Made by a program: the position numbers and the translations under genes
Shown: positions 1 through 13,255 of the stretch, piece by piece
How the letters are laid out: each line of letters begins with the position of its first letter
Position numbering within the stretch: the stretch's first letter is position 1
The notes under the pieces: model-generated
What the model was told of the DNA's origin: nothing
The model's database searches: none
The model's input: only the letters and a program-made list of their open reading frames with translations
From: Octopus sinensis
Taxonomy: Eukaryota
Direction of reading: 5' to 3'
Assembly: GCF_006345805.1 (NCBI RefSeq)
Contig: NC_043000.1
Span: 41,168,001-41,232,000, forward strand
Length of the DNA: 64,000 nt

Positions 1-266
1 CCGACGCAGTAACGATTCCGCCAGCTCACCGTCTTATTCCTGGTTTTCAAATTACCAGCGCCCTTGATAATCCTTTCCTTAATCTCTTCCCTTCATCCAA
101 TCACTGCTCATTGATTATTTTGCCATCTTTGACTGGCTGTTTAAGTATTGTCGCATTGTGTCCTACACATCTTATTTTTCGCTGTTATCCTTCACTTTAC
201 TTATTCTTCACTATCTTTCCACTTTCCCTCTGCTCTCTCTGTCTCTGAATGTCTGTCTGTCTATCT

Positions 267-321
<55 letters not shown>

Positions 322-1454
322 ACATACACATACACACACACACTGTTCCGGCTATCATATTTCTAAGTTCCGGCATTCAACTTTCTGTTCCTTGAAAAAT
401 AACAGGTAGAGATAAACTAAATAGTGACGAAGAGAATTTATGCCTTCAAAGATACGCATATATACATATTACATACACACACACACACACACGCACACAC
501 ACACTCACTATTGTCAAACGAAATATTTGGTATGTCAGAAAACATCACTTCCCAACGTAGGACGCTATACAAAAACGTTAGCTTTTTTTTCTTTTTCCAT
601 ACGGCAAAATGATTTCTTCCACTTTTAAAGAGCATATATCCACAAATTATAAGCGCAAATCGCAAGATTCCTCGGATCCTACTTTTGACGTAAACTGTGT
701 TGTCTTAACCTGGTTTGAGTGGCTTACTTTTCAGCTTTGTGTGCCTTAGTTTGCTATTTTACTTGCTTCCTTTCTGAAGTCATTTGACACTCGATCGATT
801 ACACTTCAAGTGACAAGGTTGAGACTAGTAATGGAAAGTGAGGTATGATATTTGATAGGTATTTTGTAGGGTATAATGTGTGGGTAGTGCGTAGTGGGTA
901 GTGAGTGGTGCGATTTGGTTGTATGTGTATTTGTTTATATTGCTTTTGTTTAGATATTAATATATACACGTTTGAATATACATAGATAGAAAAGCAAATA
1001 ATTCAAATTCCGCCATGTCACTATTCCAGAAATCCGCGACTAAGTTCCGTCATTCATCTTATTATTCCTTGAAAAATAGAAGGTAGAGAGAAACTAAGTA
1101 GTGACGAAAAGAATCTACGTCTTCCATGATACGCATATATACATATTACACACACACACACAACACACACACATGCACACACACACACACACACACACAC
1201 ACGTATGTATATATGTGTCTAAGTATGTGCAGGTTTGGTGAAGTGAACAGGGAAATGCAACACAAATCTTGAGCGTATGTGTATGTATTGATCGCTAGCC
1301 ACTAAACCTTTTTTTTTAAATTTTCTCTCCCTGTTTATTCCTGTGTTCCTTCCTTTACCTCGAAAGGTAAAAGACTTTCTCACTCCCGAGCGTTAAACTA
1401 ATACATCTGTTTGTTGTTTACACACCCGTTCTCCTCTTTTTTTTTTTGTATATA

Positions 1455-1690
1455 TATCTTAACAAAGAGAAGGGCCCTGTCAGAGAGCCCTGGTCAACCT
1501 GGGCGAAGTATGTGGACTCCTTCCTCTCTCTGGTAAATTGCACAATCACTCTATTAACTGTAGAAAGCGGAATCCCAAGATTTTCTGTGATTTTACGCTG
1601 ACTATGTCCACCTTCAGATTGACCCACATTATAGCCTCTTTGAAATTCAGACAATTCCAAGGCTTCTTTTGAACATTGCATGATTATTCA
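1455..1690 (-). mobile_element. Tc1/mariner transposase N-terminal fragment (decayed)
   Basis: ORF 1418-1681 reads [41 protein letters not shown], matching the Tc1 N-terminal helix-turn-helix pattern; no catalytic domain follows. Confidence 0.7.
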
Positions 1691-1974
1691 GTCACATATA
1701 GAACTTGAAACGTAAAAATGTCAATTCATAAAAAATATAAACCTTTACAAGTTAGAATAAACATAAAATGATGTTTATGGTGTATCTATTTACTGCTATC
1801 ATGTCTATATATATATATTATAGATGGGTGAATGAATTATCCTTTGATTACCGCTAACAGGACAAACTCAATAAACAGTTACCAGGGTAGCAAAAGCTAA
1901 AGGTATGTTTCTGCCAGTGCTTACATTTGTAAGATCGCTCTAGAAGTGTGTTAACAAGGTGATTCTTAGAGAAA

Positions 1975-2232
1975 AGAATATGGAAGATTTCAGAGTTGCA
2001 AATGTTACAAAATCCTTTGCCCTTGTCATACAGTAAAGATATGGACAGGATGAACCAATCTAACTTAAAATCCTTATTTTTGTATTTAAGATACCAAACC
2101 AATTTACTTAGCCCTGTGCTATATCGTTTACTGCTATCCCTAAATGAAGAATAATTATTGGAAATTCTCTTAGATAACTGACAAGGGCAAAGGATTTTGG
2201 AACATTTGCAACTCTGAACACTTCCATATTCT
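1975..2232. mobile_element. MITE-like element with ~55-bp terminal inverted repeats
   Basis: agaatatggaagatttcagagttgcaaatgttacaaaatcctttgcccttgtca (from 1975) is the near-exact reverse complement of 2179-2232; no TSD seen. Confidence 0.55.
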
Positions 2233-2960
2233 GTAGTTTTGTGGTTTTGCCTTTTTCGGTGGATTTGGGAATTAGGATAGTTTTCCCTTTCGTGAGCCAT
2301 TCAAGCATTGTCTCTTGCTCTGCTAGTATGTCGTTAAAGTTTTCAGCCAGTTTTTTGTGTATTCCTGTCAGATATTTTAGCCAGAAGTTGGGGATCTTGT
2401 CGTGCCCAGGTGCCTTCCAGTTGCTTAGTCTTTGCAGTGCCTGGGTGACCTCTTCAGTTGTTATAGGGGTTCAGAGTTGCTCAGGTGCTAAGTTCGTTGT
2501 TTTCATAGTCCTTTTCTAAGGTTGTTCATTCGCCGATCATATTTCTTTCCAAAATTCTTCCACTTCTTTTGCTGTTGATGCTGCAGTGATTTTTATTTTT
2601 GCCAAGTTCTTGATAGAATTGTTTGGGGCTGGAGTTGAACTGTTTGTTTTGTTCAAAGAAACGTTGGTGTTTCTCATATCGGCGGATCCATTGTGCTTTG
2701 GCAAGGATATCTTGCTTTAGCTTTTCTTTTACCTCAGGTAAATCGTTTTCTGTAATGTTGTTTTTGCACAGTATTTTTGTTCTCTTTATGTTGCTTAGTA
2801 GCGTTGATTGTCTACTAATTTCTCTTTTTTCTATTTTTTGTTGATAATATTTATCCACAGGGTTTGTTTGGGTGGTGGTACTCCTGTTTGGATGGGTTTG
2901 AGGGAGCATCCAGCTTATTTTTTGGCTGCAGTGGATGCTGCATATATCATGTCATTTAGC
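2230..2960 (-). mobile_element. R4-clade-like (RLE-type) non-LTR retrotransposon, pre-RT and RT N-terminal fragment
   Basis: LKQDILAKAQWIRRYEKHQRFFEQNKQFNSSPKQFYQEL, then LSNWKAPGHDKIPNFWLKYL and EWLTKGKTILIPK, ending at a frameshifted PQNYR; contains stops and frameshifts. Confidence 0.75.
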
Positions 2961-3296
2961 TCAGTGATTTGATTCTGTGGTTATAGTAGAAAAGATTATT
3001 TATCGTCATAAAAACTTAGAAACTTCGAGAGAACATGAAATAACAGGAATGATTTAACGCATTATAGTTATAGGTAGTAGCGTGTAAACATGCTGCTGGA
3101 CAACTAAATAAACCAAGGTTTCCGTGCGTTTGTGCCGTGTATTCTTTTTAGAAATATCTTTTAGTCGATTTAATTGCTCTAGCTTGCTTTTTTAGCTGTT
3201 CAGAAACATAAGATACCGATCAAACGTTTGTGCTACTTCCTCTATGGAGCAAAATTTTAAAACAAAGAAACATTCTTTCTGTGTGTGTTGGCGCAA

Positions 3297-3655
3297 GTGT
3301 ATCAGTGTTGCAAGAAGCATAATTCTCAACAACATTGTTCCAGGTTCAGTCCGACTGCGTGGCACCTTGGGCAAGTACCTTCTACTATAGCTTCGGACCG
3401 ACCAAATCCTTGTAAGTGGATTTGGTAGACGGTAACTGAAAGAAACCCATCGTATGTGTGTGTATGTGTGTGTGTGTTTGAGTGTGTGCTTGTGTCTGTG
3501 TTTGTCCCCCATACACTGCTTGAGAACTGGTGTTGGTGTGTTTATGTCCCTGTAAATTAGCGGTTCGGCAAAATAGAATAAGTACCAGGCTTTAAAAAAA
3601 TCCTGGGATCGATTTGTGTGACTGCAGTCAAATGACTGAAACAAGTACAAGATAT
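3297..3655 (+). mobile_element. SINE family A (tRNA-derived head, CORE-like segment), degenerate copy
   Basis: ggttcagtccgactgcgtggcaccttgggcaagt...gtggatttggtagacgg, internal (TG)n, and tail ttagcggttcggcaaaa...gcagtcaaatgactgaaacaagta shared with six other copies in the window. Confidence 0.8.
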
Positions 3656-4269
3656 AAGGTAAAAGATAATAGATGGTTTTATTTTTTGCCCAGTCAGCAG
3701 CTGAAGAAGGTGTAAAAAGATTTTCAAAGCGAAACTGTTTATCGCAGTCATCTCCTACCACATAATACAAAAGGCGTAATAGAAATGAAAAGTAGTTGCA
3801 GTGGTATTTGTCGCAACTACAGCAAAGACTATGAGAACAATAGCAGTAGCAAAAGCACCAACAGATCGATGATATGTCGGTGAAAGAAACTCGAAAGATC
3901 ATTTAGCAGAAGTTAATTTTGCATTGTCATCTAACCACATACTCCAATGAAAAGCGATAACGGCAATGATAATGATAATAACATCAACAGCTACGGTAAA
4001 GATACACCAAAACGTATTTCGTTTCCCAAGATCTAAACCGTGTTTGATTTCATCGCATTAAACAATACGTATGAACATTTACAAGAGGCGGAAAATTACA
4101 TTAAAAGACTAAAACAAAAAAAATACGCTCGATATACACGACACCTTTAAAACCTAACAGAAAGTAAAAACTGTTATTCATAGATACTTATCGACAGCAA
4201 TACACAAGCTAGAGCGCATGCCTTCAGATTATGCTGAACTCTATTTAAAAAACAAGTAGCAAGTTACTA

Positions 4270-5160
4270 AGAATGCGGATACATCAGAATTGTTTTTCAC
4301 CTAGAAACCCTAGCTCAAAAGCACTCCATCGTCCCTACGAACTGAAAATTTCACAATAATATTTATTTGCCTAAGATGGAGAATTATCCCAGTAAAAACC
4401 TCTAACGTATCACGAGAACTAGACATCAGCTGGGAGCTGGAATGTGTGGTTTTGGAAGACCCTGGCAAGCTATAGGGACTATAATGATTCCGAAAAGAAA
4501 ACTTCGTTAAGATGGAGTTGGAGATTTTGATATAGATGAAACCTGAGTCACTCAACAACATTCTCTACCACACAGAGATCCAAGAAGAGCAGTGACAGTA
4601 GGTGGTTGTGAAAGATGTAAAGCCTCGATGCAACAACTGTGGAAACACTAATCATCTCAAGACATTCTACCCCCAACAGCAACAGAAATCCCTGCTGAAA
4701 GAAGGCCTTCATTATTACCATCACAATTTCAATACCGACAAAAAATAACAACAAATCCAACACAAAAACTACAGAAACTACAAGTCACCTTCAACATTTA
4801 CAAGTTTTATCTGCAAAAGAAAGTAAGGGTGGAGAGAGAAATGCTGTGTTCCGGATAATTTGAAAGTTATGTGAATGTTGTGAGAATGGTTCGATTGATT
4901 GCACCTACTCGAAGTATGCAAACTGAAAACAGAGAGGGTAGAGGAGCTCTTGCTATGATACACTTGGGAATCAAGGTGACTCGGGATCTGTGAGGATTCC
5001 TTGATTACCCCCTCAGTGGAGTATCGCCAACTACTGGGGAATTTTGTTGTATTTATCTTGCTATTGTTCTCAGTGCTTACATTTGTTTAAGTAAGTTCCC
5101 CCTTTACTTTGTTCCTGTAATGTCTTAAATAGCATTTTGGCAGCCCCTGTAGCTAATAAC
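4270..5160 (+). mobile_element. L1/Tx1-like remnant: ORF1 zinc-knuckle fragment plus probable ORF2 3' end
   Basis: Reads VVVKDVKPRCNNCGNTNHLKTFYP (CX2CX4H knuckle) near 4610-4680; a YVNVVRMVRL-type C-terminus near 4870-4910 is followed by a UTR-like stretch. Confidence 0.45.
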
Positions 5161-5193
5161 AAAAGTAATAACATTACTATTATTGTAGATTTG

Positions 5194-5270
<77 letters not shown>

Positions 5271-5462
5271 TTCCTTTTGACGCAGTTTTTATATAATCCC
5301 ATTCTGTATTTTCTTGTACTGTCCTCGATTTTTATCAGCCCTTGTGGTTAATAATGAAATAATTCTTCTTATTATTATTTGTATTATTCTATGTAAAACT
5401 TTTCAAAGATATCCTGTTCTGCCTGAATAATACATACATACATACATACATACATACATACA

Positions 5463-5493
<31 letters not shown>

Positions 5494-6062
5494 GTACACA
5501 CAAACAGAGATATTCATGTGTGTGTGTGTGTGTATGTATATGTGTATGTACAAATGTATTACACAAACACAAACACTCCCATATACGTACCCGTGACTGC
5601 TTATCTTTATCTTTGGCTTGGATTACTGTAGGTTTAGTCGTGGGGTGTTTAAAGGGTGGTGCATGTTTAGTGACGGGTTTATCGTGTCTCTCAAGCCTCG
5701 CACGTGCCTTTTATGACACCGGTAAATTTTTATTTGTTTCTTCTTCTTCTTTGTCATATTCTCTGCTTTATATAAGTCTCTTTTTACTTTTTTACAGTGA
5801 GTAATATTACTATTTCGAATATGACACTACACTGGCGTTCGGGATTATTGCCTGCTTGTCAGTATGTGGCTTACGTCTGTGCGTGCGTATGTTAAAAATA
5901 TGTGCATGGTCTGTGTGTTTGAATGTGTGTGTATATCTGTCTATTTATCTATCTATCTGTCTGTCTGTCTGTCTATCTATCTTTCTATTTATCTTCTTTC
6001 CTACCTACCTACCTACATATTTACATACACATACACTTATAGACTCACATATAGATAGATAA

Positions 6063-6222
6063 TGCAGGAGTGGCTGTGTGGTAAGTAGCTTGTTTACCGA
6101 CCACATGGTTCCGGGTTCAGTCCCAATGCGTGGCACCTTGGGCAAGTGTCTTCTACTATAGCCTCGGGCCGACCAAAGCCTTGTGAGTGGATTTGGTAGA
6201 CGGAAACTGAAAGAAGCCTGTC

Positions 6223-6223
<1 letters not shown>
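6063..6223 (+). mobile_element. SINE family A, 5' half
   Basis: A-box-like tggctgtgtgg, B-box-like ggttcagtccc, CORE-like gcaccttgggcaagtgtc; ends at the internal (TA)n. Confidence 0.85.
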
Positions 6224-6256
<33 letters not shown>

Positions 6257-9122
6257 GACAGGCTTCTTTCAGGCTACCTTTAGCAGTTTCCTTCCTGATT
6301 AAAGTGTGTGTAGTGCTGATCGCATATGGGTTATCCAGTCCGTCTTGATGCTGTCGGACATCTATTCGACAGTATGTTTAGAGAAGAACAACGAGTAGTT
6401 CTCCAAGGGTCTACTAATTTCAGGTTATAGCTGCAATTCATTATTCATCGCTGCCTGTTGGTCCACTGTTTGTCTATCGCTGCAGGACTTTTGGAGGACG
6501 GAAAAGAATCTCTCCAACATAAAATCTGTGTGAACATATCATGATAAAGTCTTAGCACAGAGGATACTATATCCTTCTGATCTCGAAAGGTAAAATCCGC
6601 TAGCAGAAAACTTGCTATGTATTGTAGTTTCAACATCTGAATGAGTTATCAGTCAATGGATTCTTTAAATTCTTTTCATTGGCCACTTTGGAACTCCGGC
6701 TTCAGATTTTTTTCTTGAGTTTACTTTTTTAGTCATTTCCATCAGTGAGTATAGCTGCAAGGCAATAGAAGTACAGAGTTGCAAATTTCAGGTTATGACA
6801 AACGGCCACATCTTCCCGAAGCTTCTGGTTCTGAGCCAACGAATGCTCGCCTTCACTTCATTTCCTATCACGAGGCAGTTCGCACGCATAGGTCGTGTTC
6901 TACTTGACATTACACCAGCAATAGAATTTTCTCGTTTGTTGTTCCGTGTGGTGGAACGAACAGTCAAGCTGCGCTGTCTGGCCGATCATATGTAGAGTTT
7001 AACATTTCAGCGTCATCAACTTGAAACACTTGCCTGCTGCCAATTTTCTACGTGACAAGTCTAGTAGATTCAGATTTACTTGTTGGTTTGTCAGCGATTG
7101 CAGCTTGCTACCGTTCTTCCACATAACAATTGTATCAGCTTACTTGCTGGTCTGATGTGACTAACTGCATTTGTTGTATAAAATCCCTAAATATCCCTTA
7201 CATGACACTATATCGTCTTAGAAAAAAGGTCACATAGGATAATGTGTTCAGAGTTCCAAGCACATAGAAATCAAATGGGATGTTCACGATTCGAGTACCT
7301 TTGATCATAGGTTTGTTCAATCAATGCTGACTTGAAGCTGCGCAATATCAAAGTCAACAACGGTAGATCGAGGCAACTTAGGTGCCTCTATATGATTAGG
7401 TGACCTACATCAAACTGTACCATATAAAACTGCAGTAGAAAATAACGCGATGGATAAAGTGATCTCAAATTTAATGCCCATGGGAATTTTTTATAAGTAA
7501 AAGCGAAAACGGAACCAAAAATTGGCCTGCTTTATCAAAATTGTCTTGGGGCTAAACAACAACGACGATAACGAAGTTATGGAAAACAATCTTGTAAAAC
7601 AAACTGACGACAAATCACAACGCAAAGGTAACAAAATAAGCTTTCGTCTGACCTGATTGAGATTATAAAGCAAAGGGAAATTATAAGAAAAAAAGAAAAT
7701 CGGACAAAAGAAAGCAAGTACAATAAAATGTTAAAAATCCTTCCTCAAAAAGAACAAAATAAATATAAAACAAAAAGAAATATATTTGATATCAAAACGA
7801 AACAGCTATAAATTATAGCTATTAAATACAATGATGATAGCTTGAAACATAGAACATTTTAGAAAAGCATGCTTGTAACTGTATATTTATGTGTCTTTTT
7901 AGTCTTTTTTAGTTGTTTTTCTTTTTTTCTTTTTAATGGTTGATGTTTAAAAGATGATGACATCCCAGCAACCAACAATAAAATGTCATCGAGCAAATAT
8001 AACATAACATTCGTTTTCCCACTCCCTGCCAAGTAAAACCCTAGAGTGACACTGCCTCCACACTTAGATCGTTACAAATATCAGATTATATCACACCGTG
8101 CCACACTACACCATATAAAACCAACCCATGCCATGCGAACAATACACCACGCCATTGCTCGTGTCCCAACGCTCTGGAGTCTAGCGACTCGTCGCCACAC
8201 AATTTTAACATTGCACAACAAAACACACCGCAAGGAGGGAGCTTCGACAGTGTTGCTTGATCTGCTAAAAACAGCCAACAAATCTCCCTCTACTGTTTTA
8301 TAAAAAAAAAAAGGATGCGTTAGATAATGTGCTTCTGTGTTCCCTGGACTTAGGAAAAAAATTATGGTCATAATGGAATATATTTAATCATTGACGTAAA
8401 ACAACACTTTAACAATGAGCCAGGTAGATTTGCAAGAAGTAGTTGAATCTTACTCTAACTACATTATGCCGTCTTTATAAAGTGTAGGGCAAATTGAATA
8501 ATATAGTCTAAAGTATATCCATCCCCTTCATAAAATATGGGATGGCGACGACTGGAATGCTTCAGATATACCGTATTTGGATGTTGTGTTATTTTATTCT
8601 TGATTTTTAACAGAAAAAAACTGGGAGCCGACGTACTAATGGAGCAATGCTAAACCATGAAAAGAAAAACTTTTGTACCAAGATTTAAACATTGAATTAG
8701 GAATTCATCTTATGCACAAGTGTGACTTGCGGGCAGATACGATAAGTCTGCTCTATCTGGGCTAATTTAGAGCTAAACAACATTACAAGTAAGTCAATAT
8801 AATAATAGCTCGACCAGCTTGAAAGAGAATGTAAATCTTCCTGAAAAAACAACTTCATATTTTAATAAAGAAAGCAGTGAAGTATAATACAGTTCAACGT
8901 CGACTACTTACGAAAATAAGAAGGATGGCCATAGTTAGAATGCCTTTGATTAGATGTCTGCTCGTTTGGGTTCTAGCTGGGGCTAAACAACAACAACAAC
9001 AACAACAGCAGCAGCAGCAACAACAATAACACACTGTCCATATTTTACTACAATGTAGCAGAACATAAGACAACGTGAAATTTTCACAATATAGTCACTG
9101 GGTTTACAGAAAATAATAGCTA

Positions 9123-9349
9123 CAAGGCAGCAAGCTGGCAGAAACGTTAGCACGCCGGGCGAAATGCTTAGCGGTATTTCGTCTGCCGTTACGTTCTGAG
9201 TTCAAATTCTGCCGAGGTCGACTTTGCCTTTCATCCTTTCGGAGTCGATAAATTAAGTACCAGTTACGCACTGGGGTCGATGTAACCGACTTAATCCGTT
9301 TGTCTGTCCTTGATTGTCCCCTCTGTGCTCTGTGGGCAGTAAAGAAATA
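9123..9349 (+). mobile_element. SINE family C (Nin/Deu-like central domain), full length with 15-bp TSD
   Basis: gagctggcagaaacgttagc-type head, B box gagttcaaattc, domain gcctttcatcctttcggagtcgataaattaagtacc; direct repeat agaaaataatagcta at 9108-9122 and 9350-9364. Confidence 0.9.
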
Positions 9350-9866
9350 AGAAAATAATAGCTAAACCACCCTTAAATCGAACATTACTACGTTAAAAAA
9401 AAAGATACATAAGAAATTTAGTTCTCATAAACAAAAAAGATACGATAGTCAAGCCTGTAACGCTTTTGATGATAGTTCTACCCGATGAGGGTGAACCTGG
9501 CGTTAAATAACAACGGCTACACGAAAAAATTATATACCTGTTATAGAGGGAGCTTCTATGAGGTGTCCAACTTGCTAGAAGTAGCGCCCATTTTTTAAAA
9601 ATCATACTGCACTGACTTAAAAGGAGATGTCAGATAATGAAGTGCTGGGTTCCTCCTTCGGGAAAATAAGGGATAATCGCAGCTGGAATGCCATTGACTA
9701 TAGGGATGTTCTGAGGCGAAAAGACATCAATAATAACAATAGAATCACAATATGTTGCGCGCAGTCATTTGACTTGCTAAAAATAGTAGTCAGAGTTCCC
9801 ACAAATCAAAACACTCCCGCGTTAAAGAAGAACAGTAGATGATGATGCACTACATCTTAAAACACT

Positions 9867-10135
9867 GTGAGGACGCGTAGACTAATGGTTAGGGCGTTGC
9901 CACGATCACGAAATCATGGGTTCGATTCCCGGACTAGACAGCGCGTTGTGCTCTTTAGCAAAACATTTCATCTCACATTGCCCTACAATCACTTCGACAT
10001 CAGAAGTGTGACATTTCATGCACATCCACAGGTAATGGCAATTTAAGGGAGTGAGCAAATGTGCAGCACAACCATTTTATCACTATACACAAATCATCTG
10101 AGCAATTTGTTCAGAAAGAAACAGCAGAACCATCT
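9867..10135 (+). mobile_element. tRNA-derived SINE, degenerate (family D)
   Basis: tagactaatggttaggg (A box), gggttcgattccc (B box), then gcgttgtgctctttagcaaaacatttc, similar to the family B central segment. Confidence 0.6.
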
Positions 10136-10617
10136 TTCTCGGATTCGAGAGATTATCATTATTTAAATATCTGAAAAAAAATGAGATGTTCATGGCTAGA
10201 ATGTCCTACATTTTCATCTTGCTCCTTCAGTGCAGGCTTGAAGCTAATCAACAAAAGTATAGTTACACACCAGAACTCTATTATGTAACACTTCTCGGAA
10301 CTAGTTGACCCCATGTTATCCCCAGCTACACATACCAGACGTACAAGATTAAATGCATATGTGTGTGTATGTGTATTTGTGCGTATGTGTGTTTGTGGTG
10401 TAAATGTGTATGCGTGCAAAAACTACATACGTATACTTGTGGAACTAATAGTTTTGTCAAAATGAGGCTTATAGATAGTAATTTTATTGCTTATAGACCT
10501 CGTATTGACAAACGATCTAATCCTTATACCACCATCAAATATAAGAAAAGAACTTCGGCTGTTTTGAAAGAGTGTAACACAAAACAATGAAAATTTCAGT
10601 TTATTTACTGATATGTA

Positions 10618-10815
10618 TTTATGTATGTATGTATGTATGTATGCATGTATGTATGTATGTATGTATGTATGTATGTATGTATGTATGTATGTATGTATGT
10701 ATGTATGCATGCATGCATGTATGTATGTATGTATGCATGCATGCATGCATGCATGTATGTATGTATGTATGTATGTATGTATGTATGTATGTATGTATGT
10801 ATGTATGTATGTATG
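10618..10815. repeat. (TATG)n/(CATG)n microsatellite
   Basis: Direct tetranucleotide tandem repeat; source of the MYVC/YIHT pseudo-ORFs. Confidence 0.95.
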
Positions 10816-13255
10816 TGTGGATGGATGGATGGTTTGTTGGTTGGATGTATCTAAGTAGTCGCATAACAGTCGGAATCAGGTGAATTCAACGAGATGATAT
10901 GGTATTTGACAACCGGCTCAAATGTCTTATAGTGAAATCTAAGTCGACATTCTGTGACCTAGCTGTATCGGCCACGCAATTTTACACATACTATTTCCTC
11001 TAAACGTTAAGAATATGTACCTCATCAGGTGTTGATAGTTTCTTTCTTTATTTCTCTTTTGACCACCTGTGACATTCTACCGACAATAATGTCATGATAT
11101 ATATCTTCTTTTCTTTGTCTCAATAAAAATTCTACGTCACATTTCATTTTAAAAGTGGCAGAATAGTTTCAACTCCAATTGACTTTTTATTTCCAAGGTT
11201 TCTAGAGATTCAGTAGAATATAATATATGTCCACATAATTTTAATTGTTTTGGAGATAAGATTTTTGTATAAATCTGTTTATATTTCAGTTTGTTGAGCG
11301 TACAAGACCCGTTGACGTAACTTCTGTTACTTCAGAGTATTCATACAGTATTCACAAGATTCCAGCTGTTGATACTATTTATGCTGTTTATCTTGTTACA
11401 CCTAGGATAGCCCTGATAAAAACATATAGTCCTCTGATCAAATGTATTCCAACGGGAATCATTCCTTCATTCTTTTTTTCAGACATAAATGGCGGTGCCC
11501 CAGCATGGCCACAGCTCGTGAGCTGAAACTAGAATCAAACATATGTCTACTATTTGTCGTTTCTGTATTTCTTTTGTAAGAAATTTGAGGTGAAATCGTC
11601 AGATCGTTGTTGAACCTGCAGAGGGTCATTCTATTGCCAACATTAATACAATATCTAAGACTGCATATTCTAACTTGGCGTCAAAATAATTTGTTTCGTT
11701 TCTAATCATCTCCTGTTTTTTTTTTTTTTGTTTTAGTAATATTATGGACAGCAGTATTTATGTGGTTAAGCCTGATAAAAGCTGATTGGTTCATGAGATA
11801 AGGCAAGAGTTTTTTTTAACCGTCCAGTGTTTTGTCTTAAATTAAAACCATTACATAGCTTCAAGAACTCTTTTGTGATGATAACTTTCACCAATCTCGA
11901 AGACTCCGTAAAGTATGATGGATACAGCATACTATCGTGACTAAAAGATAAGATAAGATAAAAACGCAAACACAGACGTATGCACTCGCACACACACATA
12001 AATGAGAGTAATTAGTGATTTAAACATTGGCAAAAATAAATTGAATAACCGAGTGATTAACTAAGCAATCGATTAGTTAGTTGGTAAAGATAACTAACCG
12101 ATTTACTAATAGTAAAGAAGTAAAACTGAACCAGTGCGTGTATTTATTTTTGGCATAATGACCCTCCTAAGATACAAAAAAATAAAAACAACTAAATGTA
12201 AAGGAAGGTATAATCAACTAAATATATTCTAGTACTCTGTTGGGGTTTATTTTGGCAACTTTAGAAGAGTAAAGAACCCAGTTAGCATTGGTGGGATTTG
12301 AACTCTGGATGCACGTCGTGAAATGCTATAAACTTAATTTATTTCTATCACCTTTTTTGTTTTTCCTTTTTTATTTACACCTAAGCAGCCACCCATTATT
12401 CATAGCTGGTTGGATGGGTGTTAACATGGCTGGCTGGATGTATTACAATACAGATTTCGATTAATATTATATAACAACATGAATTCAAAGTAGAAATATA
12501 TAATAATAGAATAAGAAGCACACCTCCAGACGGCTATGCATACATAGACTCACACATGGAAACCAAATATTAGACACCACACAATGAATGAGACAGATAC
12601 AGAAAGACAGACAGCGGTAAGTACATACACATCATTATTATAAGCACTGTGAAATGTAAAGCACCAACAATATAGTACATGAAGTATTATAAAGCTTTTA
12701 TATATTGAATATAAAATATAATTAAAAGGCGAAAGTAAACAATAACGATGACAAAAATATGACAAGAGTTGCAGTAAAGTAAAAGAAAATACAAAAAGAA
12801 CAAAACAACGATAGCGGTTTTTGGGTGCGGTGAGGCGCAGCGGGAGTAACAAATGAAATGGGAACAAGGTGGACTCACTGAAATTAACAAGCATCAAGAA
12901 CAACGCCATGATCAACAACACGGCCATAATAAGGAACGACAATAGCAAGCCAATGACAAAGAAGTCTGCGATGTAGTTGCTAGGTTTGCTAGAAACACCA
13001 GCCAAAATTCCCTCCACTTAAACTCTGCGGCGTTTAAAATTAACCTGGTTAATGTGATTCTCTCTCTCTTTCTCCCCTCTCTCTCTTCCTTTGTGTTTCT
13101 GTTTATATAGATATATATTTATATATAGTACGTTTAAATATTTGTTGTGCAAGATTTTTTATGTGAAGTCGTGTGTTGAAACAGATATTGTTATATTTCG
13201 GAATGGTCATATTGCCAGTTTAGCCAATAAAAACACACGCACTATATATTTGGTG

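Noticed and set aside
3701-3740. Weak hammerhead-like strings (ctgaagaagg...gcgaaac here; also near 22868, 27190-27230, 47300-47330, 62460-62515)
   Set aside because: Each lacks a pairable stem II, the GAAA box or a UH cleavage triplet with stem I.
6272-7150. Complex, coding-looking tract on the minus strand (e.g. LREDVAVCHNLKFATLYFYCLAAILTDGND)
   Set aside because: The best frame has about 9 stops in 145 codons, near random expectation, and I recognise no motif. BLASTX would be needed to revive it.
12550-13017. Hydrophobic transmembrane-like ORF with a good internal splice donor (ca/gtgagt)
   Set aside because: No polypyrimidine acceptor or ATG upstream on that strand, no recognisable family, and the hydrophobic run derives from a degenerate triplet-like repeat.
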